Positions 56,645 through 64,000 of a stretch of DNA of 64,000 nucleotides are shown one piece after another. The position numbers were made by a program, and so were the translations under genes. The notes below the pieces were generated by a model, which saw only the letters and a program-made list of their open reading frames with translations, was not told the DNA's origin and searched no databases. Source of the DNA: an uncultured virus (IMG/VR IMGVR_UViG_3300036760_000418). Taxonomy: Duplodnaviria; Heunggongvirae; Uroviricota; Caudoviricetes. How positions within the stretch are numbered: position 1 is the stretch's first letter; each line of letters opens with the position of its first letter. The stretch lies in IMG/VR virus record IMGVR_UViG_3300036760_000418; one strand, given 5' to 3'.

Positions 56645-57592
56645 ATGCTACAGCAAGTCCAACATCAGAAGGAGGGGACACGATTCCTTCGACGCTTCGT
56701 TGAAGGGGGTCTAACCTCTCCGGTTCTGTTGGTAGGCAATGAGGGCGTGGGCCGACGCTTTTCTGTGCTGTGTGCGATTCGGGAGGCGTTCTGTGTTGGA
56801 ACGCGAGAACCCGATTGCCCTTGTCCATCTTGCTACCAAATTCTCCATCAAGTGCACACGGACGTGTTTGTGCACGAGGCTGGAGAGAAGGACATTGGCG
56901 TTGAAGAAGTTCGTGGGATCATCGAAGAAGCTAGAAATTATCCGACGGCGGCGGATATTCGCTGCTTTGTGATCGACGGTGCGGATCGCTTTACTTTGGC
57001 GGCAGCAAACGCTCTGTTGAAAACGCTCGAAGAACCGCCAGCTCGGGCCAGGTTTTTTCTGCTCGCTGAGTCATTGGAGCACGTTTTACCGACAATTCGT
57101 TCACGGTGTGGGGGCATACGCTACACGCCTTTGCCGGAAGATTTTGTTCTATCAGAGCTTCATCGATACGAGCCTAACGACGCTAAAGCTCTTGTCTACG
57201 CACGCATGGGAGAGGGTTCGGTAGGCTCCGCTATCCGGTACTGCGGATCGGGGCGTCTTACGCTTCGGGACCAAGTATTTAGGGTCCTCCAGTTAGCGCT
57301 GGGGAAAGACCTACCGTCTCTTTTTGCCTTGATTGATACGATGGATCAGGACTTGGTGCTGGCTTTGAAATTCTTGGATCAAGTCCTGCACGATGTTCTT
57401 ATCGTCCGTGTAGATCCCATGCGAGTCATCAACTCGGACCGCGTTCAAGACCTCATCGCAATGGGTCAAACCCCTACTCAAGTGTGGGCCACGCTAGCTC
57501 AGAAGGTGCGGGCTCTTAGAGCCCAGTACCGTGGGACGAGACTTCATTTATCCTTCCACCTTAAGACAATTCTCATCGAGCCCTTCATCTGA
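56645..57592 (+). CDS. holB: DNA polymerase III delta-prime-like clamp loader subunit
   Basis: C..C..C zinc module, AANALLKTLEEPP, PTIRSRC. Confidence 0.9.
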   Translation: MLQQVQHQKEGTRFLRRFVEGGLTSPVLLVGNEGVGRRFSVLCAIREAFCVGTREPDCPCPSCYQILHQVHTDVFVHEAGEKDIGVEEVRGIIEEARNYPTAADIRCFVIDGADRFTLAAANALLKTLEEPPARARFFLLAESLEHVLPTIRSRCGGIRYTPLPEDFVLSELHRYEPNDAKALVYARMGEGSVGSAIRYCGSGRLTLRDQVFRVLQLALGKDLPSLFALIDTMDQDLVLALKFLDQVLHDVLIVRVDPMRVINSDRVQDLIAMGQTPTQVWATLAQKVRALRAQYRGTRLHLSFHLKTILIEPFI

Positions 57593-57604
57593 TCATCGAG
57601 CGTT

Positions 57605-58567
57605 ATGGCCCCGAAGGAATCATCATTCAGACCGTTTGTGGTTGCGTTTGGGGGCGAGGACTTTTTCCTCGACCGGGATATCGAGAAGGCTCTTCAGGCC
57701 AAGCGTAGTGTTCTCAGGCTAGATGGCGAAGACGGCCTCACTGACGAGCAACTCGTAACGTTTTGCGAGCGGTACTCAGAGACCCCTCATATGATCATTG
57801 TGGACAATGCTCATAAAGTGAAGGGGGATAAGGCCCTTCGAGCTTTCATTGAGGCCAAAGACATCGCGGACACTTCGTTGGTTCTTGTGGTGATTATACG
57901 CAGCGAGAAGCTCCCCGAGATCTGGTCTTTGGCTTCTTCTAAGGGTAAGGGCGTTGAGCGTAAGAAGCCTAAACCTTGGGAAACTGACTCCTACACTGAC
58001 TTCATTCGACTTGAAGCAACGCGCTTACGTGTTGTGATCAGCGGTGACGTGTCCGCGCTGTTGCTCCAGTATGTGGGACCGGATTTTTACCGCCTCGCTA
58101 ACGAGCTACGCAAGTTAGCGATCTATGTTGGGCAGGCGGGGACTATCACAAAAGAGCATGTCTCGTTGGTCACCACGCGGACCCCGAAAGCGGAGCCCTA
58201 CCAGGTAGCCGAGGCTGTGCTGGCGAAGGATTCTCGTCTCGCCATGAATCTTTTTTCTGTGCTCTACATGAACTCCGGGGATGACGCGAACATTCCGGTT
58301 GTACGTGCGCTTATGAAGCAGATCGAGAAGACCGCCACCATTCGTAGCCTTCTTGATCGAGGTGTAAGTGAGGAGGACATTGCGGTCTTGCTGGGCATGA
58401 AGCCATGGCCTTTCAAGAATGTAGCGGCACCCCTTGCTCGAAAACACGATCTCAGGGCCCTAGTGCGTCACATGGGTCGCCTGTGCAAATTAGATGCAGA
58501 TGTAAAGGGACCAGCACGGTCTAAGCGGACGTTAGTTGAACTGGCCATTTTGGGGATTGCTGAATAG
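57605..58567 (+). CDS. holA: DNA polymerase III delta-like clamp loader subunit
   Basis: FGGEDFF, VGPD...LANELRKL, LGMKPW, LDADVK; adjacent to holB. Confidence 0.8.
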   Translation: MAPKESSFRPFVVAFGGEDFFLDRDIEKALQAKRSVLRLDGEDGLTDEQLVTFCERYSETPHMIIVDNAHKVKGDKALRAFIEAKDIADTSLVLVVIIRSEKLPEIWSLASSKGKGVERKKPKPWETDSYTDFIRLEATRLRVVISGDVSALLLQYVGPDFYRLANELRKLAIYVGQAGTITKEHVSLVTTRTPKAEPYQVAEAVLAKDSRLAMNLFSVLYMNSGDDANIPVVRALMKQIEKTATIRSLLDRGVSEEDIAVLLGMKPWPFKNVAAPLARKHDLRALVRHMGRLCKLDADVKGPARSKRTLVELAILGIAE

Positions 58568-58576
58568 GGAGCTTTC

Positions 58577-60868
58577 ATGGATCAGACTGCACTCACTGCG
58601 ACCAACGGTAACGGTTCCAGCCTCTCGAAGTTCACTCGTAAGAGAGACGGCGTTACCCTGCAAGAGTTCGACACCTCTAAGCTAGCTAGGGCCATTCATG
58701 CCGCTTGGGTGGAGAGTGTTGGGACAGTGCGTGAGGGCGATATGGAAGCTGTCATCGCGACGGTTCTTCAATCGTTGCACGCTAATGTGGTTGACGTGGA
58801 GACTGTTCAGGATGCGGTAGAAACTGCCCTTATGCGGCACGGTCAGTTTAAGGTCGCTAAGGCGTACATTCTTTACCGCCACCAGCGACAAGAGTTGAGA
58901 GCACTTCGTGAAAAGGCCGTGGATTCCAAGGGTATTTCGGACTACATCCACGCCAGTAAGTACGCCAGGTATATCCCCGCGTTGAAGAGGCGCGAGTTGT
59001 ACGCGGAGACCGTAGCTAGGGTAGAGGGCATGCACCTCGGGCAATTCCCGGAGATGCAGTACGAGATCACGGAAGCCTTTAACTTGGTGCGTGAGAAACG
59101 GGTGCTTCCTAGCATGCGGTCCATGCAGTTCGGTGGGACGGCTATTCTGGCGAACCACAACCGCATGTACAATTGCAGCTTTTCTTTGATCGACCGCATG
59201 GGTGCTTTTTCTGAAGCGCTCTACCTCCTTCTCTCCGGTTGCGGCGTGGGGTATTCTGTTCAGTTCGATCACGTCGAGAAGCTGCCCGCGATCAAGTACG
59301 TTGACCTCAAGAAAGTGGTCCATCATGTGGTGGCAGACACGATCGAGGGTTGGGCCAATGCCCTCAAGGCTCTGCTTCAGAGTTACCAGAGTGGTACCAA
59401 CTTAGAGGTGAGCTATCACAAGATCAGGCCAGCGGGGACGCCTCTCAAGACCTCTGGCGGGGTTGCCCCAGGACACCTGAAGCTAAAGGAGTCCTTGGAG
59501 CGTATCCGTTCTGTTTTGTCTTCGGCGCAAGGCAGGAAACTTCGTCCTATTGAGTGCCACAGGATTTTGTGTCATGCCGCCGATGCTGTGCTCTCTGGCG
59601 GTATTCGCCGATCGGCTATGATCTGCCTGTTCTCGTTCGATGACTCTGAGATGATGTACGCGAAGACAGGTAACTGGTTCAGCGTGGATCCTTGGTTTGC
59701 GAACTCTAACAACTCCGTGGTTCTCAAGCGGGATGAGGTGAAGAAGAAGCAGTTCAAGAGGATCTTCCAAATGACTCGGGAGTGGGGTGAGCCCGGGTTC
59801 TACTTCACAGCTAACTACGACTACGGGACTAACCCGTGTTGCGAAATTGGCTTGAATCCGATCCTAGTGGTTGACGCTAAGCTCAAGGAGGAGGCGGCGG
59901 CGCAAGGGGTCACAGTAGAGGTGGGGGACACGCATACGGGTTGGGCCTTTTGCAACTTGTGCGAAATCAATGCAGCCAAGTTTTCCTCTTACGAGGATTT
60001 TGAGGCCGCAGCTAAGGCCGCAACTTTGATTGGCACCTTGCAAGCTTCCTACACGAAGATGCCTTACCTTGGTTGGGTTTCTGAGCAGATCGCTAAGAAC
60101 GAGGCTTTGCTTGGTATCGGTATGACGGGCATGTTGGACGCCCCTGGTATTGCGTGTAACCCCGAGTACCAGAGGCGGGTGGCTGCTAAGATCAAGGTGT
60201 GGAACGCGGAGTACGCCGCTTTGTTGGGTATTCGTCCCGCCGCTCGGACCACCTGCGTTAAGCCGTCGGGTACCACGTCCTTGGAGCTGGGCTGCGTGGG
60301 CTCAGGGCATCACGCACACCATGCTCGTAGGTACATTAGGCGGGTAACCGCAGACGAGTTGGAGCCGGTGTTTCAAGCGTTCAAGGCTGTGAACCCGCAC
60401 ATGTGCGTGAAAAAGCCGGATGGCAAGTGGGTCATTGAATTTCCTGTGGAGGCTTCAGCTCAAGCCACCCTAAAGGACGACATTCAAGCGTTGCAGTTCC
60501 TGGACATGGTGAAGTCAACCCAGCAGAATTGGGTTCTTCCTGGGACAAGTGACGCCACGGGGTCCCCTGGTCTGAACCATAACGTGTCCAATACGGTCAC
60601 GGTTCGTCCCGATGAGTGGGGGGACGTAGCTGATTATTTATGGTCGAATCGAGAGTTCTTTACGGGGGTCTCTCTGCTTGCTAGCAGTGGGGATAAGGAC
60701 TTCGCTTTCGTCCCGAATGAGGCTATCGTGACCGATGCCGATGAAAAACGTTGGAACGCGATCTTGAGCGAGTACACGCCAGTCAACTACGCTTTGTTAG
60801 TTGAGGACGCCGACGGCACGTCTCTTACTAGCGAGCCCGCGTGTGCCGGTGGGTTGTGTCTGACTTGA
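58577..60868 (+). CDS. nrdJ: class II (B12-dependent) ribonucleotide reductase with ATP cone
   Basis: KRDG ATP cone, YNCSF, GTNPCCEI, FCNLCE, TCVKPSGT, C-terminal CAGGLC. Confidence 0.9.
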   Translation: MDQTALTATNGNGSSLSKFTRKRDGVTLQEFDTSKLARAIHAAWVESVGTVREGDMEAVIATVLQSLHANVVDVETVQDAVETALMRHGQFKVAKAYILYRHQRQELRALREKAVDSKGISDYIHASKYARYIPALKRRELYAETVARVEGMHLGQFPEMQYEITEAFNLVREKRVLPSMRSMQFGGTAILANHNRMYNCSFSLIDRMGAFSEALYLLLSGCGVGYSVQFDHVEKLPAIKYVDLKKVVHHVVADTIEGWANALKALLQSYQSGTNLEVSYHKIRPAGTPLKTSGGVAPGHLKLKESLERIRSVLSSAQGRKLRPIECHRILCHAADAVLSGGIRRSAMICLFSFDDSEMMYAKTGNWFSVDPWFANSNNSVVLKRDEVKKKQFKRIFQMTREWGEPGFYFTANYDYGTNPCCEIGLNPILVVDAKLKEEAAAQGVTVEVGDTHTGWAFCNLCEINAAKFSSYEDFEAAAKAATLIGTLQASYTKMPYLGWVSEQIAKNEALLGIGMTGMLDAPGIACNPEYQRRVAAKIKVWNAEYAALLGIRPAARTTCVKPSGTTSLELGCVGSGHHAHHARRYIRRVTADELEPVFQAFKAVNPHMCVKKPDGKWVIEFPVEASAQATLKDDIQALQFLDMVKSTQQNWVLPGTSDATGSPGLNHNVSNTVTVRPDEWGDVADYLWSNREFFTGVSLLASSGDKDFAFVPNEAIVTDADEKRWNAILSEYTPVNYALLVEDADGTSLTSEPACAGGLCLT

Positions 60869-60874
60869 GGCTTT

Positions 60875-61135
60875 ATGGATCTAGGTATTCTCGTTGAAGG
60901 CGTGGTAGAGCTGGACCCGATGAGCGGCCGTATGGTGCTTCGGGTCCAGCAAGTGGACGGTTCAAACACGTTTCTGGACGTGCAGGAGCAACTGGAGCGT
61001 TACAAGGGCGAGGAAATCCGTTTCATTGTGACGCCCCAGAGGTCCATCCAGGAGCTTGCCCGTATGGTGGAAAGCGGGGAGCTTCCGGTCGATCAGGTTC
61101 CTACGCTGAAAGCGCCCGGGACCACGACGCATTAG
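60875..61135 (+). CDS. hypothetical protein
   Basis: ORF with SD gagg. Confidence 0.55.
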   Translation: MDLGILVEGVVELDPMSGRMVLRVQQVDGSNTFLDVQEQLERYKGEEIRFIVTPQRSIQELARMVESGELPVDQVPTLKAPGTTTH

Positions 61136-61171
61136 ACTGGAATTTTCGGAAGCTCCGGTGTAGTAAAGGGC

Positions 61172-63124
61172 ATGCCCGAGAACTTTTTTGACCTCATGAC
61201 GCAGCTTGGGTCCGATACCGCCCCAGGACAGCCTGGATCGGATCGCATTATCGAGCTGGAAAGCCTCATCATAGAGGCCCGTCATGCCTACTACAACACC
61301 GAGTCCCCTGCGGTTGAGGACGAAGTTTACGATGCTTGGGTGGACGAGCTGTCTTCCCTCAAGAACGATAGCCCGGCCGTTACGGGGATCGGGGCCACGC
61401 CCGTTTCCGAGTGGTTGAAGGCAGCCCACACGATTCCTATGGGGTCGCTGAGCAAGATCAACACGCTCGAAGAACTGACCGCTTGGGTAATGGGCACGGG
61501 AGAGTCCAAGTTTGCCCCGTTGCTCGTGACTGAGAAGCTCGACGGTATCTCGATTGCAGTGGACTACGTGAAAGGGGCCTTCTCGCGGGCTGTGACACGC
61601 GGGGACGGCATCCAGGGCGAGGACATCTCCGTGAACGTTGCCAGGATGCAGGGCGTCCCAGGGAAGCTTGCAAAGCCCTTTACGGGGACATTGCGTGGGG
61701 AAGTGGTGCTCAAAAAAACCGACCACGCCAAGTATTTCCCGCAGTACGCCAACCCTCGGAACGCGGCCTCAGGTATCGCCAAGCGTCTGGATGGCCATGG
61801 CTGTGAGCACCTGACCATCATGTTTTACCATGTGGCTGACGGGCAGGACTTCGAGTCCGAAGGGGAGCAGTTCGCGTGGTTATCTGAGATGGGGCTCCAG
61901 ATTCCGAACTGGTATGTGACGGCGATGACGCCGGGGATCAGGACCCCACATGACCTCTGGCTGGAGTACCAGCAATTCAAGCGGGCGGAGCTGGATTACG
62001 AGATCGACGGGCTCGTGATCCGCATCAACGACATCGCGACTCAACTGGCTCTCGGGGAAGTGGACAACCGGCCCAAGGGTCAGGTGGCGTTCAAGTTTGC
62101 CCCCATGACCCGTGAGTCCGTGCTGCAACGCATCGACTGGCAGACGGGTGGTTCGGGTCGGATCACGCCGGTAGCTATCTTCAACCCGGTTCGGGTTTTG
62201 GGTGCCGAGATCACGTGCGCAAGCCTCTACAACGTGGCGTATATCAAGCAGCTTGGGTTGGATGTGGGGGCTACCATTCTGATCGCTCGGGCTCAGGACG
62301 TGATCCCTCGTGTGGCGGCTGTTCGTAAGGCCACAGGGACCGTGGCAGAGCCGCCGTTGTTCTGCCCGACCTGCAAAGGTCGCACGCAGATGGAGGGCGA
62401 GTACCTGGTCTGCACCAATACGGCGGAGTGCCCGGCTCAAGCGGTGGGCCGCATCAAGCGCTACGTGGCGGTCCTGGGCATCCTGGAGTGGGGTGAGACC
62501 CTCATCGAGAAGCTTGTGGCTCTGGGGCTCGTGAACGATGTTTCGGACCTCTACAAGCTGACCGAGGGCAAGTTGGCGGACGTGGACCGGATGGGTCCCA
62601 AGTCAGCGGCCAAGGTCGTCAAGACGTTGTGGGCCAGGAACAAGATCACCATGGACACGCTTCTTGGGTCGCTCTCGATCCCGTTGTGCGGACCGAGCAC
62701 GATCAAGATGGCCATGAATGCGGGCCTGGACAGCCTAGAGAAGATCAAGGCAGCGAACATCGAGCAGCTTTCAGCGGTCGAAGGTCTGGGGCCGGTGAAG
62801 GCCCAGGCAATCTGGACGTGGCTGCAACGAGACAGCGCCATCGTGGACAAGCTGCTGCTTCTGGGTGTGGAGATCGAAGGCAAAGTCCATGGTACCTGTA
62901 CGGGCAAGAGCTTCTGCTTCACGGGTGCTTCAAGTCGCCCTCGGGCCGAGTTGGAGCAGCTCGCCAAGAAGGCGGGCGGTGAGGTCAAGAGTTCGGTCGG
63001 CAAGAAGCTGACCTACTTGGTCCTGGCTGATGCCAACTCCACCAGCTCGAAGGCCGTGGCGGCCCGTAAAAACGGGACCCAGTGCATTTCGGAGGAGGAC
63101 TTCATTCGGTTGGTGACGACCTGA
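61172..63124 (+). CDS. ligA: NAD-dependent DNA ligase
   Basis: EKLDG, AVTRGDG, ANPRNAASG, YEIDG, Zn finger, HhH, BRCT. Confidence 0.95.
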   Translation: MPENFFDLMTQLGSDTAPGQPGSDRIIELESLIIEARHAYYNTESPAVEDEVYDAWVDELSSLKNDSPAVTGIGATPVSEWLKAAHTIPMGSLSKINTLEELTAWVMGTGESKFAPLLVTEKLDGISIAVDYVKGAFSRAVTRGDGIQGEDISVNVARMQGVPGKLAKPFTGTLRGEVVLKKTDHAKYFPQYANPRNAASGIAKRLDGHGCEHLTIMFYHVADGQDFESEGEQFAWLSEMGLQIPNWYVTAMTPGIRTPHDLWLEYQQFKRAELDYEIDGLVIRINDIATQLALGEVDNRPKGQVAFKFAPMTRESVLQRIDWQTGGSGRITPVAIFNPVRVLGAEITCASLYNVAYIKQLGLDVGATILIARAQDVIPRVAAVRKATGTVAEPPLFCPTCKGRTQMEGEYLVCTNTAECPAQAVGRIKRYVAVLGILEWGETLIEKLVALGLVNDVSDLYKLTEGKLADVDRMGPKSAAKVVKTLWARNKITMDTLLGSLSIPLCGPSTIKMAMNAGLDSLEKIKAANIEQLSAVEGLGPVKAQAIWTWLQRDSAIVDKLLLLGVEIEGKVHGTCTGKSFCFTGASSRPRAELEQLAKKAGGEVKSSVGKKLTYLVLADANSTSSKAVAARKNGTQCISEEDFIRLVTT

Positions 63125-63170
63125 CCCTTTCAGAGGGGGTTCTCTTAGTCATGGTGTATGCTTAGCCGTC

Positions 63171-64000
63171 ATGGCGTACTTTAGAGGCCGCGTAGAGCGC
63201 ATCTTCCACACGAGTGGGACGCACTACATCTTCTCGTTTTCTGTGAGCGAGTACGAGATGGTGTCGTGTCCCCGTGATCTGAAGATCGCGGGCCACTTCT
63301 TTGGGGTCACGCTCGCGTCTGGGATCACGCTCGAAGTTGAGGGCGGTTGGATCACGCATCCGAGGTATGGCCGTCAGATCAAGGCTACAGGGTGGAAGCC
63401 CTGGGCACAGACTTCGGCGGATGCTGTACGTTTTCTGGGTAGCTGCGTAGACGTGTTCTCTGATCGGGATCTCTTGTCACGAGTGGTTAGCCAGTTTGGG
63501 TCAGGCACCTACGCGGCTCTTTCCGATGATCGGGCCCTGGAGGCCGCAACGGACGAGGCCGACCGGGTTGCGTTACAGGCTGCCATCGTCAAGTGGAAGG
63601 CCCTTTTGGGTATCGCGGCCCTGTCGGACTTCTTGCAAGAGTACGAGCTTGGGGCTGCGTTGGTTGCAGCCGTTTTCCATCGGTTTGGGTATGATTCGGT
63701 CGAGGTCCTGTCGCAGAACCCGTACCGGCTCCTAGAGATCGACGGGTTTTCGTTTCACCGTGCCAACACGCTTGCGATGCTTCGTGGGATTGGTCCCGGA
63801 GATCCACGCCGCATTGCTGGTGGGGTCCTGTGGGTGGTTAGGGAGCAGATCAAGCAGCAGGGGCACCTGTTCGTTCGTCGCGGGGACATTGCTTCGTTGT
63901 TGGCGTCTTTGGCGTCCTACACGCATGTGGCCCCGTTTGATACGCCTGATCTCTCAGGGGCCGTGGATGTGGCTCTGACTGAGCTTGAGCAGAACAAGGC
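63171..64000 (+). CDS. RecD2-like helicase, N-terminal part (runs off the window)
   Basis: GRVERIF, HPRYGRQ, NPYRLLEIDGFSF..A, DPRRI, GHLF. Confidence 0.8.
   Translation, partial: MAYFRGRVERIFHTSGTHYIFSFSVSEYEMVSCPRDLKIAGHFFGVTLASGITLEVEGGWITHPRYGRQIKATGWKPWAQTSADAVRFLGSCVDVFSDRDLLSRVVSQFGSGTYAALSDDRALEAATDEADRVALQAAIVKWKALLGIAALSDFLQEYELGAALVAAVFHRFGYDSVEVLSQNPYRLLEIDGFSFHRANTLAMLRGIGPGDPRRIAGGVLWVVREQIKQQGHLFVRRGDIASLLASLASYTHVAPFDTPDLSGAVDVALTELEQNK

Overview
A 64-kb segment of what is most likely a large (jumbo) phage genome of fairly high GC. The host is unknown; a myxobacterium or similar soil/aquatic bacterium is only a guess. Left to right: putative virion-associated paralogs and a GT2 glycosyltransferase; an MTase-SNF2 helicase fusion and two phosphatases; two tandem GHKL-ATPase/HExxH proteins; a non-coding stretch with phased DnaA-like boxes; two sigma-like proteins; an intein-containing DNA methyltransferase with an HNH gene nested out of frame; and an MT-A70 methylase. 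An 8.6-kb array of about 46 tRNA genes covering all 20 amino acids follows, preceded by what looks like a leader-peptide attenuator. Next is the most notable locus: a divergent Ro60/TROVE-like vWA protein, a Cys-bearing partner, a JAB protease, a ubiquitin-like protein ending FG-V and a ThiF/E1 enzyme, followed by a Y-RNA(YrlA)-like permuted tRNA mimic and two more tRNA-like RNAs. The right arm has coaE, homing endonucleases, two more vWA proteins, EF-Ts, GroEL, clamp-loader subunits, class II RNR, NAD-dependent ligase and a truncated RecD2. All calls come from motif reading by eye; no database search was run.
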